Source of the DNA: Camelus ferus
Lineage: Eukaryota
Assembly: GCF_009834535.1 (NCBI RefSeq)
Contig: NC_045697.1
Location: 100,380,001-100,444,000, forward strand
Direction of reading: 5' to 3'
DNA: 64,000 bases
Shown here: in pieces, positions 24,601 through 37,394 of the stretch
Numbering within the stretch: the first letter of the stretch is position 1
Layout of the letters: each line of letters starts with the position of its first letter
Position numbers and translations under genes: made by a program
Notes under the pieces: generated by a model
What the model was told of the DNA's origin: nothing
Databases searched by the model: none
Seen by the model: the letters and a program-made list of their open reading frames with translations, nothing else

Positions 24601-25659
24601 TTTAATTGAAATTAAAATGTATTATCTTACTCAATAAATATTCTACTGTCACTGTGGACTGTTAAAGAAACTTCTTTGGGTTTTGAAACAGTAATTTGGG
24701 AATGACACTCCAGCTTCTTGAGCGAAGCATCAGGAAGGGACAGGTAAGTTCCCCAAAACCTTTCCAACCCACACAGGGCGCTGAGGGGCAGGGCACTAGC
24801 TAGGCTTCCCCTGTGAGCTCAGATCTATCTCAGGCACATGGGAAACAGAGAAAGTATAAAACACAACCTCAGTTCCAAAGAAGTTTCCAACTTCAGTGAG
24901 AAGTCAAGACCAAAATAAACAAAAAGACTGTGTACAACCCTGGCCCCTTTTAGGAAGAAGAATTAAAAAAAAAAAATAAGGAATTATAGATACAGAACTG
25001 GGAACAGAGGTGAATACTTAAAACCAGAAAAGAAAATTCTGATAAATTATGGGAACCTTGGAGTCTGAGGTACCTGTCTTCTGAGAACTTTCTAGGCAGT
25101 TTACCAGAGCTGCTTATGTAGAAATGCTTCCTGGGTGCAGCCGGGCTTCCCCTCCCCACCTGGAACCTTCCACAGCTCCAGGGATTTCCCAGCTCCCTCC
25201 GGGGCCTGAGCAATGAGGAGCCCTGGGGTCTCGCCTTCCCTGGCATCTCGGTGCCTCTGCCTACACCTGGTTTAATTAGCCATTAAGGAAACTGTAGAAG
25301 ACACCAGCAGCACCAAGGAATGTGTTGAACATTCAAAAAAATCACATTCGGAATTCTTTCTGCAGTCACTTGCCTTAAACCTGCAGAGTGAAGAAATCGG
25401 ACAACTTTTCTTCTTGTCACTGTTAACCACTGGGTCTCCAGCACAATGTAGAGATTCAGAGCAGGAGACAGGTCATGCAGCCAGCCAAGAATGAGCACCC
25501 CTTTCTTTTCTTTTTAATGATTATCCCATTGGGCATCCAGGAATGTAACAGACCAGGCAGTGGACTTTCCCCTTTGTGATATAAAACTGAGCTCTCCAAA
25601 TAGACTCCCATGGATTCTAAATATCTTATTTCCCATGGACCCCATATGTGAAATCCCTG

Positions 25660-26240
25660 CATTTACTCATTCATCTCGTATTTATTGTGCACCATTTGTT
25701 TGCCACACGCTGCTCTGGCTGCTGGGACTCAGTAATGTGGACAACAGATGAAGCCATTGCTCTCACAAAGACACAGATATACCCCGTGTCATGTGGTGAG
25801 TGTCCAAAGGAGAAATAGAGGACTGAGAATGACAGGGTCTAGGAGAATGAAGGCAAGTCTCTCTTTGAGGTGACAGTGAAATGAAAGTGAAGGCAAGAGG
25901 GGATTTGTTGGAAGAACGTTGTAGACAAAGGGATTGGAAAGCACAAAGGCCCTGTGGATGGGCCCCCTCGGTACCTGAGACCCAGAACAAGGAGGTCACT
26001 GTGGCCGGAGTGGAGAGGGAGCCTGGAGAGGAGGTGAGGTTAGGGAAAGAGCTAGGGGCAGGGTCACGTAGGGCTTTGTAGGTCATCGTCAGGAACTGGG
26101 AGGGCACTGAGCAGAGGAGTAACGTGACCTGACTTGGGCTCCAGGAGGGTCACTCTGATTGCTGTGTAGGAGCAGGAGACCCGTGGGGAGGCCAGTACCC
26201 AAGTCCAGGTGAGAGACGGTGGAAACTTCACTAGGGTTTG
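25660..26240 (-). mobile_element. LINE-2 3' region
   Basis: atttactcattcatctcgtatttattgtgcacc ... aaggaggtcactgtggccggagtggag ... gggtcactctgattgctgtgtagg. Confidence 0.85.
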
Positions 26241-26359
26241 GGTAATTGGGAATGTTAAGAATGCTGAATTTGTGTTCTCTGACATAGTGTCAGGAATCCC
26301 AGCTCCAAGGAGACATACGTTTTCAAGGAGGTTAAGCGAAGGAACCCTACCGTCTGCTA

Positions 26360-26535
26360 CCCTAGTGTTTATCCAAATGTGGCATGGGCCCACTGCATCA
26401 GAACCCCTGTGGCTTTTGTGAAACAGATTTCCTTGTCTTGCCCCAGACCTGGATGGAACCTCTGGCAAAGGAGGACTACGAGATTTTAACAACTCCTCAT
26501 GTGATTTGTACACAGGATACGATTTTAATCATGGC
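26360..26535. mobile_element. MER5-family hAT fragment
   Basis: cactgcatcagaacccctgtggcttttgtgaaacagatttcc ... ccccagacct ... attttaacaactcctcatgtgatt. Confidence 0.7.
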
Positions 26536-27149
26536 CCAGTTCTTATAGAAAAGAGAGTTGAGCCCTTGCAAAGGCTTGTGTCTTGTTAGACATTTCAAGC
26601 CCGCACTTTAAATCCCTGCAGGCCAGACTGAGAACACATTGTGGGCTTAATAGTAAGAACTGTAAAAGCTCACCGGCTTTGCTTGAACTCTCAATATGGG
26701 ATGCCTCCAGCAAACTGTCATATTTCAGCCTTTTCAGGGGTTTCACGAAACCTTCTGTCATTTTTGGATTGATTTTCATATTACTGAAACTTCTGCATAA
26801 ACTTGATTCTTAGCCTTAGATTAGAGATTATGAGTACTGACAAATGGATTCAGAATTTTCTTAAACTTGTGTCTATATGAGCCAGAAATGTGAAGCTCTA
26901 GGTTTAAGAGACAAAAAAGGAGATTTGGTATGGGATTCTAAGGCTATTTTGCTTTCTTATATATTCATAAGTGAAAATCTCTATTAACAAACTCTTAATG
27001 TAATAAACCAGATTTCCTTGGCTTCCAAAACAGAAAAGGATGCTTTAAGATGAGGGAGTTGGGAACAAAGCATGAAATAATAGCTCGTGGTTTTTCCTGC
27101 CTTGCCTCCCCCCTCTCCCCTACCTTTCTTTTTTGCTCCATACTTCATT

Positions 27150-27700
27150 TTCATAGATAAGAGAGAATACTAAACTCTCACTATTTACTCTAAAATCTTT
27201 TGCCATTGTACACACTTGCATTGCAGTCAGAGTATGAACACCATTTCGTATTCTGTGTTTTCTGATGGTGTCATACACATAGCACATACATTATGTCTCT
27301 GAAAGTACAATTTTTAATGGCTTTATAGTAAAGCTTTGTAGTATGCTGCATCATAGAACCATTTCTTTACTGCTTGCCACGTGTATGTTTTTCCAGTTTT
27401 ACACTACATAATAATGACATATGACACTCCTATAAGCATTTTTATATAAATCGCTCTATTTTCTTTGAGGCTCTTTTCTTCGAAAAAATATTCCTAAATG
27501 TTAACGATTACCGGACTAATGTATAATAAGAGATTTTTTTTTAAAATTGTAACTTGTTGCTAGATCGTTTCTCAGAAAACGTGAACTGTTATTCCAAGTC
27601 ATGCCAAGAATAATATTTCCTCTTCATCATAGCAGTGTAAAATTTAAGCAGTTTAATTTTTTTTGTGCGTCAGTTTAATAGCTGGGACTTAACCTATTAT
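27150..27700 (-). mobile_element. Old LINE-1 (L1ME-like) fragment
   Basis: tttttaatggctttatagta ... ttttccagttttac ... tgttgctagatcgtttctcagaaa. Diverged antisense L1M. Confidence 0.55.
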
Positions 27701-28399
27701 TTAAATCTTTTCATCATCATTTCTGCAGTTAAAATAGGATACTTATAAAATTGGGACATGAATTTAGGGCAGAGTCAGAGTGACAGCTTTCCTACAAATG
27801 GCGCCCTGGCTCATCACTGTTGTTTTTCAATCTTTTTGGCCCATTTTGCAAGACACATCCTGACCGAATGAAAGTTCCGGTTACTTCGAGGTTGTTGCTT
27901 TGTAAAGAAGTTCAGCGGCTGGACAGAAGAGGGCACTGTTCGTTTGTACCAAGGTGGGACAAGCCTGTCTGACCCATTTAGGGAGAGAAATCTGTGGCCC
28001 TTCACGTGGGGTCCGGTGACCGCTGTGGTGGGGGCGCAGTTCCCTCCATACCGAACGAAATCTGTTAAGCATTCGATTTGCTATTAGTCACTGAGCTCCA
28101 CAGAGTTCCAGCTGCCTGGATGGGTCCCCATGGGGCATTTACATTGCTGCTGCTAAGGACTTGGCATCCAGGCAGGTGCCTGTGCAGGTTGGAGAGTGAA
28201 TTTGCCCCAAGAGGCACCAGCCCACTCCTCTGCAAAGCTCCTAGAAGCCGAGAGGTTCATTAGGACTTGATGAGCAGTGAAAGTCAGAAATTTAGAGAGG
28301 CTGGAATAGCAACCAGACTGGGAGAGTAAGGACATTTTTGTTAAAAGTGGGAAGCATTACCTGAGATTTTCAGGCCAATTGTATTTCTGTATTTCTTTT

Positions 28400-28740
28400 T
28401 CCCCCCCTTTTAAAAAAGTCACATAGGAAATGTACAAATTTATTATTATTGTAAAGGTTAAATCATAACATAGAAAGCTCAGTAATCCTTTAAGTTTCCT
28501 TTTGCTTCCTCATTCTACTCCCTCTCTCCCTCCAAGACCACCACTGATAATAGTTTGATAATTTTGCGGGTATTTACATACATTATACATCTATCTTTTT
28601 TCTCCAAAACTCAAAATTGGGTTCTTACCATACGTATTATTCTGAAACTGGTTATTTTTTCCACGTAACTATAAGGCTTATCACTGTTTCCCTAAGAGTT
28701 CAGGTAGGTCTACCTTATTCTGCGTAACAGCCTGTAATAT
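28400..28740 (-). mobile_element. Old LINE-1 (L1ME-like) 3' UTR fragment
   Basis: accaccactgataatagtttg ... taccatacgtattattctgaaactggttattttttccacgtaac ... taccttattct. Confidence 0.6.
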
Positions 28741-29169
28741 AAATTATAAATTAATTAGCCATTATGATAATGAGAGACATTTGTGATGTTTTCACTCCAC
28801 ATCCTGGCCTTCCACGTATCTCCCACCCCTGCCTTTGTGCCAGCAGAATAAAGCCAGAGAGCAGGTGGGCAGAGAGAATAAGAGAGCAGGAGGGCTGGGC
28901 CCACGGGCCACTGCCCTACCCCCTCCAGCCACATGAGCTGCAAGAAGGGAGAAGATTAAATGCTAAGATAAATAGAGACATTCAGATGCTTTATAGCTAT
29001 GAGATTGGAAAGTCAAATTACTGAATTGAGACTGTTTTACACAAAAGTGAGCAAAAGTGGCTACTACCTGTGAGTTCCCGGAAGTCAGGGACTCACCCAA
29101 ACCTTCATTCAGACGCAGAGCCCTCACACTGCAGCATGGGTGAGGCCTGGCTCTCAATCTGGGCCTTGC

Positions 29170-29295
29170 AGGAGTGTCGCCAGGGGAGCTTTCAAAAGTC
29201 CCAAGGCCCAGGCTATGCCCCAGACCAAATAGAGTCGGATATTTCAGGGTGGGGCCCGGGTATCAGAATCCTTACAGTTCCCCATGGGATTTCAA
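29170..29295. mobile_element. MER5-family fragment
   Basis: cagggga ... cccaggctatgccccagaccaaatagagtcggatatttcagggtggggcccggg. Confidence 0.7.
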
Positions 29296-29924
29296 ACAGT
29301 GGGCAACCAAACAGTGACAGACAAAAACAGAGTTGTATTTTGATCATAATCAAGAGACTGTTCTCTATACTAGAAATACTTCTGTTTATGTATTCATTTC
29401 ATGGCCTTGATCATCCTTGAACTTCTTCAAGAGCTGATGTACAAATTACAGATTTAAAAGTAAATTTTAAACTTTTAAAGTCTTTATGTGATCTTTTCCC
29501 TTACTCTGCAAAAGATACTCTTTAAATATATCTATCTAGGTAGATAGATAGATAGGTAAGTAGATGAGGGCTTATCACAGAAAAAAATGTAAACTCTGTC
29601 CAACACTGGGTTGTGAGAGGGCTGTTTAGAATGCAAGTTGTTAAAGTTGGAAAATGCATGAAGACTTTATAAACAGGCCACAATGTGATGAGTTCTCGAT
29701 TACATTTGTGATGAGACACACTCTAATTTATTGATAGATCCCCAGCTTGACTTGAATCCCACTGGCCTTCAGGAGCACCGCAGAAAGTTTTAGTTGAGTT
29801 TGGCTGCCTTGTTTCAGCACCGAAAGGAAGACCCGTGGAGAAAACTGCACCTTGGCAGAATAGGCAGGAGCCTCACTTGTGATTTTTCTTTTTCATACAA
29901 ACCTTCTTCTTCGTGGTGTTTGTG

Positions 29925-30120
29925 GATTCCCCAAAGCCAAGGGTTTGGACTGACTGCATCAGAATCATTTTGGGAGCCTGTTAAAAATAGCGATTCCTTG
30001 ACCCAACCCTATACCTCCAGAACCAGCCTTTCTGGGAGTGAAACGTTGGCAGCAATATTTTAACAAGTGTTCCCAGGTGGTTCTGATGCCCAGGCTGGGC
30101 AGGATTGGCAAATGCCGGCT
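29925..30120. mobile_element. MER5-family element
   Basis: ctgcatcagaatcattttgggagcctgttaaaaatagcgattcc ... attttaacaagtgttcccaggtggttctgatgc. Confidence 0.78.
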
Positions 30121-30519
30121 GCTAATGAGACCTTACACTAAGTATAAAACCCACAGTGGGGACAGATAAGCCGCAATTAGGGAACAAACTACCAGCTGTT
30201 AAAGAAGTATTCGTGACCGTGGGCTGTGTTTCCGCAGAGCCGGCCGCCTGCAGAGCCAGCGAAAAGATTCCTCCGTGAGTATGGAGGTCATTTTAAGGGG
30301 CTTCGGGAGGACTTCCTGTATTTTCAGTGGGGTGAGGTCACTTGCAGAGCTTTCATGGGCGTTTTCTTCATCTGGCCGTGTGCTGAAATGATTACTTAGG
30401 GAAGTAGGAGAGAGGAAGAATCCTGGTCTCATGTGGGCTCAGACGTCTTAGGGAGTGTGAACTCCCTTCCTATCTTTCATGAATCTTTCCTCATCTTTCT
30501 TTCATCATATTTCTCCTCC

Positions 30520-30750
30520 ATGTAGCCCAGGGACAGAGGAATAGGCTTAGAGGCCAGGCAGTTATGAAATAAAATCCTGGTGCTGCCACCTCCTAGCTGT
30601 GTGACTTTGGCCAAGTTCCAGAACCTCTCTGATCATGGGTGAGTTCATCAGTCAAGGCGGGGTTAACTCCTTGCTGGTTTTGTGAGGACTGAGTTGACAT
30701 GTTTAAGCATGCATGTAACCAATCCTGAGTACCTTCTACAAACTGATGTC
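30520..30750 (+). mobile_element. MIR SINE
   Basis: aatcctggtgctgccacctcctagctgtgtgactttggccaagttccagaacctctctg ... ttgtgaggactgagttgac. Confidence 0.85.
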
Positions 30751-32264
30751 CCTGGCCCCTGGGATACAGCGGATGCTCACTGAGGGACAGCCAGAGATTC
30801 AAAAACAGACGAGTCAGTAAATTTCATGGAATCTCAAATCTAAAAGCAGTGCTAAAATATTTCTAGAAATATTCTAAGATAGAGAAAATTGTGTTTCTTT
30901 TTCCTTTAAAAAGGCATCTGTTAACAGTTACAGACTAGACATTTCCTACAGCCTTCTCAAGCAAGCTAAACCAAAACAGTGGAACCCAAGTGAACTGAAT
31001 GGGCTTAGCAGACTGGAAGCTCTGAGGACTCCATGGAAGTTGATGGGGAAGACATTGGAATCCATCTTCTTTTTGCTAGATTTTGGCTGTTTTGTTTGTC
31101 TGAAGTCAGAGTCCATGCTCTTCAGTAATTTTGAATGGTTCTAATTTACCCCAGGTTTGAACATGAGGCAACAACCCCGCTAAAACAAAATTTTAAACCA
31201 CTCTGTTCTGTGAGTTGGAAAGGGAGGAATGGAATGGAGTTGTTCAGATTGTTGATCTGCATTACCCAAATTCACCATCAGTCATCCTCTTGGAAGTCAT
31301 CTCAGAGCGTATTCTGTGTGGTTGGGAGACTTTCTTTCATAAGCTGCCTGGAACGGGAGTGGAGTGGAGAAGTGTGGGTGTTGATGGGTGAGACCATAGA
31401 CCGTTCCTTGCATGAGACAGTCTCAGTTGATGCCTGATGGAATAGCACCCCCTTTCACTCTCCCAAGTGTCTCAGGCTGGAAGCTAAATTATATTATCAT
31501 CTTATTTAATGATCATGCTTTAGTAACGATCAGTAGTCCCTGAAGCACCTCTTGGGGGGAGGTGGGTTTACTGCAGAGCTTCGGCAGTCCTGAGCAGAGT
31601 ACGCAAGCCTGGGGGCAGAGAAGAACTGCTTGGATCCTCCAGGAGAGGCTGAGCATTGCACCTAGCACATTTCCCCACTTAGTACTCAGTCCTTTTTCTA
31701 AACACATGTTGAACAAAACAGTAATATGAAGAAGCAGTAACAGACCCATAGCGCAGATGGGACTACACATACTCACCACCCCAGTCAGGTGGGAGAGTCA
31801 TCTGTTGGGACGGGAAACAGGCTAAGCACCAGGAAGCCCAGACTTTGGTCTCCACCACTGTTTAACCTACATCTGACTCATTTTTCTCCATCACTTCTAG
31901 CTGCTGTCATTGTACGTGCCTCTCCTAGGCTCCCGCTAACTTCTCATCAGCCATATGCTGGAAATGAGATCACCAAGTTTGATAACTGAGTTTAAAGTAA
32001 AAGTAAGTCTGAGTGATGACCCAGCGGTCTCTCCTGTGAGTTGCAATGAACACATTTTAAGACTCCTTTTTAGCAGCTCTGGGGTTGCTCTTCTCCTTTC
32101 CTTAATTCAGGAATGTCCCAAATACTCCAGGCCGCTAGGTAGGTGTGGTGCAGTTGTATTGCGAAGGTGTGGCTGTGGTTTAAAGTTGCGCTGTGTTCTG
32201 CCAGAGAACCAGGGGCATAGACATGTGTCCCCTCCCTGTTTCTATTTATGCTCAGTCCCTTAAT

Positions 32265-33285
32265 CGTCTCTTCTGGCCTCATAGATGGATTTCATGTCAT
32301 CTCGCGTGGACGACTCCCACATTTAGACCCTCTTTCCCAAACTCTAGACTTTAGATAGAGATGCATGTTTGACATTTCGTCATAGTGTCTAACAGGCATT
32401 TCACACCTAATATGTCCAAAGTCAGACTCTTAACCTTCTTCCAAATCTGTTCTTCCTGAAGTTTTCTCCATCTCATTCCCTGGGAATTCCGTTCTTTCAG
32501 TCGTGCAGGCATAAAATCTTAGTCATCTTTGACTTCTCTCTTTCACTCATACCACATTGACTCTATCAGCAAATCCTATCTGTTCTATTTTCAAAATATG
32601 TCTAAATTCAACTACCTTGTGTCACCTCCACTGCTATTACTTTGGTCTAAGCCAACCTCCTGTTTATCTACTTCAGTTGTCTCCCAAATGAGGCTTTTTT
32701 TCTTTCACTTAAAAAAAAACTTTTTGTACTCTTGGTCCTTTATAGTTGATTGCAGGGCCAGGGCCATCTTGTTAAACAGAACTCAGATCTTATCACTTTT
32801 TTTTTTTTTTTCTTAACATCCTCTAGTGGTTCTGCAAGTCAGTCCGAGTAAAAGCCAGGACCTTTACAATCACCTAAAAGATTCTATATGACCTGTTCTC
32901 CATCCCCTTCCCACCACCGCACCCCTGCCAGATCATCAGCCCAGGAACTCTGCTCTTCCCTGGTCCTGCTCTGGCTGCAGTGACCTCCTTGCTGTTGACA
33001 GAAGATGAACACGCACTTCCACCGGCTGGCTCCCACCAGGTGGCCTTTCCACCATGGCCGTGGCTTCTGCTCTTTCCTCCGTCTGGAATGCTTTTCTTTG
33101 AGATACCGGCTTGGCTTGTTCCCACCTCCTTCACGTCCTCACTTGGATGGTTCCCTCTCGGGGAGGCCCTGGCCTCGTCTCCAGCTGTATCCGTCCGTCT
33201 CACTCCTCTTCCTGTGCGTCGCTTTATTGTTCCTCTCAGTACTGATCACCACTTGACATACTTTCTGTTTTACTTATTTTATCTT
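32265..33285 (+). mobile_element. LINE-2 (L2a-like) 3' region
   Basis: tgtctaacaggcatttcacacctaatatgtccaaa ... aaaatcttagtcatctttgacttctctctttc ... tcctccgtctggaatgcttttc. Confidence 0.88.
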
Positions 33286-33301
33286 TTTAAAAAAACTTGT
33301 T

Positions 33302-33384
33302 GGGGTGGGGGTATAGGTCAGTGGTAGAGCGCATGCTTAGCATGCACAAGGTCCCAGGTTCAACCCCCAGTGCCTCCACTAAAA
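33302..33384 (+). mobile_element. tRNA-Ala-derived SINE (camelid Vic-1 type)
   Basis: ggggtataggtcagtggtagagcgcatgcttagcatgcacaaggtcccaggttcaacccccagtgcctcca has A and B boxes, an AGC anticodon relic and a short A tail. Confidence 0.9.
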
Positions 33385-36030
33385 CTGAACACTGGTACTT
33401 TTAAGTTTCTAATTGCTGCACCCTTTCTCTTGCATCTATTTTCACTTTCCAGGGATCTTTTGAACCAGAGTATCTTTCGATCTTTTGTGCTTTAAAGGTA
33501 AGAGAGGTTGGAAAGCACTTGCAGCAAGCCAGCAGTAGAAACGGAAAGTAGAAGTCATATTTGCACAGCCGCGTGGGGCTTCCTATGCGTCGCCACTGTG
33601 GTATGTGGTTTGGGCCCTGCAGCTCGGCTCTCCCTTTCCATTTATGATGGGGTGATGGCAACGCCACGCAGAGGACCTGACGCTCGGTCAGCAGGTGCCT
33701 GTTGAATCTGACTCCCACCTGGTCTTCCACGGAACTCCCGGAAAGCACAGACAATGTGTGTGAGGCTGCACACAGGAACTCCACATGTGCCCACGGAAGA
33801 GGCACTCACTTTGGGCTTGGCAGGGGTCTTGCTGCAAATATCACCAGTGCCCTACACGTGTGTAGGTGGCTGGTCCTCCCCACCTACCCAGAGATCAGCT
33901 TAAGGAAACAGACAAAACTGGAATATAGCTCAAGAAATGGTAGGATTCTAATGAAAAACCCAATTAAAGGAGACAGATGGCCGACACACACTTGTAACTT
34001 TCTTTAGAATATTTAGAGGAGTTATTTTTATAGCTTGTGAAGGCGATGCCTGACAGCAGGTGTTAGTCACCATCATTTAGAGAGAGTCTAATAGAGCCTT
34101 AGGTAGGGAAGCAGGGAGACTGACATTTTATTTTCTCATCTTCCTATTAAGATGTCAAACATACTTTCTTAACAGCATTTTTAATGATTTTGGAGGGCAA
34201 TTTATCATCTCTCATCTCTGTGCTGCTGACACACCTTCTCAGAATAGAACAACCTTTCCAAGGCTTTATAAACCAAGTGTTGCAAGGAAAGTGTGTCAGA
34301 TGTTATTCTTTTCAAATTATAATATTTAACTGAATTACAGGTCTTGTTTGCTATTTATCACAAGGGATAGAATTTTGAGGTTAAATTGCCTAATTGCAAA
34401 TCAGAACTCCCAGAATCTAGTCCCACCTGTGCAGTTGAAATAGCAGCAAGGGCCAGAAAAATCAGTTTAGGTTTCTTGGAACATGATTTTCCAACTAAAA
34501 AAGAGGGAGAGAAGGGCACCCAGTGGAAGCAAATTTTGGAAGAACTTTGTTAAATTCTGACAGCTTTACCAGTTAATTCTGTGACCCTTTGTGCTAACAG
34601 GTACCTCACTGAAGACCTGCAGGGAGAAAGTTTATATGAAGAATAAAGAAAGAAATGGAATAAGGAGTAGGAAGGGGCTATAAGAGAGCAGGAACGTAGA
34701 TGTAATTAGAGATGTGACTGAAGGGGTTTTCAGGGAGGATTTTTTTTTTTTACCCAAATACTCAACAAGTATAAAACAACTCAAGACAGCAGATGGATTG
34801 GACCCAATGAAGAAAAGAGGACAAGGTTGTACAGGGTTAGCTTAGCAATGAAAGTCCCAAGGATAAGTCCTCAGGGATAAAATTACCAAGCCCTCCCTTG
34901 AGATTTAAGGGGTTGGAGAGCTGACGGCAAGATGAGTTGGATGACTCAAAAAATCTTGTTGTGGTGGTTTTTCTACAAATGAAGGAGCTTTAGGAATAGC
35001 AAGTAGTTCTGAAATAAATAACTGAAAGGCAATCCAGGGCTCCTCTTGGCTGAATTTTTACTAACAACTCTAAGCAATTCAATTTGTACCTATGTGTGTA
35101 ACAATTACTGAGAAATGAAATTACTGCTGGAAAAATAAATCCCTATTAAAGGAGATGTTGCAAAATTTCAAGTTAGATATTGGTGGAAAATAAATTAAGT
35201 AGCAGACTTTTTCAAATTATATAAATGTAAAATCACTTATTTCTGATAAAATGTATTGGCAGTTTCTTTCTTTCTTTTTTTTTTGGCAGTTATTTTCAAT
35301 AGACACTTGTAAGCTCCTAATATGAGTACTACTTTGAATACCAAGAGCAGAATTCCAAATATTTACTGAAATAAAGCACTGAAGTTTGGAGGAATACTTC
35401 GAGAAATATGCTTCATATTCCATTATTATGGTAAATCACAGGTTATTCTTTTACAAACTCAAGATCCTCATTGGACCTAATTTTGCAATCAAGGTGATTT
35501 TCCTCCTTTATTGTAGTGCATTCATGTCCCTACCTAGCTATTTTGGTCTTTCTTCTCTTTTAGACATCTCATTGAGCAACACTTCAATAATTCACTTTTG
35601 TATTTTTTATATGGAAGAGATAATAGACCATAGAGTTAAAGATGAGGATGTGAAATTCATCTTTAGCAATGGTGACCTCTTCATTATGGTCAGGCCACAG
35701 TTGTTGGATAATATTTGAGGACAATGAATAAATTAGTTATCAGGGAATGTTAGAGTTCAAAGGAGCTATGGAGCTCATCTGTCTTAAATAGATTATCTTA
35801 TAGACTCAGTTCCAATCAATAAGAACGTCCTGACTCTGACTTACTGACTTCCAGCAGTAATTTCATTTCTCTGCATCAGCATTGGGCTGGCTGTTGGGAT
35901 CCAAACATGGGAAAATGTAGGCTTGGAGAGGCTTGGTTATGTGTCTAAGATCACATGTTATGCCAGATACCTCTTCTTCGATCCATTCTCCACATTCTTT
36001 GCTCTGCTCTGTATCTTTGGATACTAACAT

Positions 36031-36440
36031 TGTATCAGTACAGTTTCTAGTCTCCTGGTTTCCGGCTGAGATTAGACTGTGGGGAACATGGAGCAGAGGC
36101 CAGAGAGCAGCGAGGAGAGTGAGGGCAGGTGCTGACTGGTTCACCTACTGGCTCCTTCCCTGTGGGGTTGCTATGAGCTGGCTGGCTGCACCCTTGGACT
36201 GTCAGAGAGCCCTCTCCACACAGACTCCCTCTCTGGGTTCTGATAACTGTTCCCTCTCTTTGCTCCTCAGGCTCTGGGTAGTAGAGGCACCTCACAGTTA
36301 CTAATCCCTGGTTCGGTATCATCCTTTCTGGTTTCCCTCAGTCCAGCCGACATCTTTGTAAATAGTGCTTTAGTTAAACTCTCTTTAAATGGCCCAGTTT
36401 TAGCATGCCATCTGTTTTCTGTTGGGACCACGAGGGTTAT
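36031..36440 (+). mobile_element. ERVL LTR (LTR16C-like)
   Basis: catctttgtaaatagtgctttagttaaactctc ... tgccatctgttttctgttgggacc matches the LTR16 3' end as I recall it. Confidence 0.8.
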
Positions 36441-37394
36441 ATAACCTATAGAATGATTCTCACTTTACCTGACTTGTAATGTCCTTTGAGATGTTTGTAA
36501 ACAAATTTTTATTTACAGTTCACAAAATTCTGATTATTGAGAGAACTTAGCCACTCTTAAACCAGCGATAGATGAAGGAATTACATCAGGGACAAGATGG
36601 CAGAGTCAGTGTGGCGGCACTGGAAGTTGACATTCAATTTGCTCACGTAGGTATTTAAATATTTGGTGGCTCAGTTGCATTCTTTGATTCTGAATTCTAT
36701 CAAGTGGATTTCTGTTTGGCGACAGATACCTGTTCTGTCCCTCCTCTCTAAAAGTTACAGTAAAGGCAAATCATGGTGTCTTGACTGAATTGTTACCACG
36801 TTTGATTGACAAAGCAACACAATTGAGACAGGGTTCGTCTAGCCCTGTGAAGTAAGGGGTGCCTTCAGAGGTCTGAGGAAACCTTGATGTCTGCCATCCC
36901 TACCGTCAACTGTCTAAAGTTCTATCAAAATCCTCCAATAGCAGAGCTCATTCTTAAGCTTAAGACTTTGATTCTTGTTCAGATTGTACTTTCCTTGAGG
37001 GTAACAACGCTTTAAAATATCGGTGATTAAAGAAGACCTCAGGCAAAAGTGGTTCAGATCTTTCTAAGGAAGTTTTGATTTGGGAACAGGGAGGGATCAG
37101 AAGGGTTTGGATCCTAGACTTGGTGTGCAAGTGAGATGGGAGGGCAGTGAGAACAAAGAGGAGACACTTTCATGTGGAGTAAATGTACGTCATACATTTT
37201 CCAGACTTGGGAATGAGACAGGGATTAAGAAGTTCAGAAAACTCTCAGCTACAGAATCGGGTGCAAGGGATGCCAACTGGGAAACCGTTGGAAAGACCTT
37301 TGAGTGAACTGCCCCTTTTTATAGGTCCTGGCCTTCGGTATTAAACGTGAATATATATTGCAGTTGTCATGAATAGGACTCAGCGAAGAATTAA

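Noticed and set aside
33302..33384. Functional tRNA-Ala gene (also 47498-47604)
   Set aside because: D-arm and T-arm mismatches, a G-rich 5' extension, an A tail and two diverged dispersed copies indicate a SINE.
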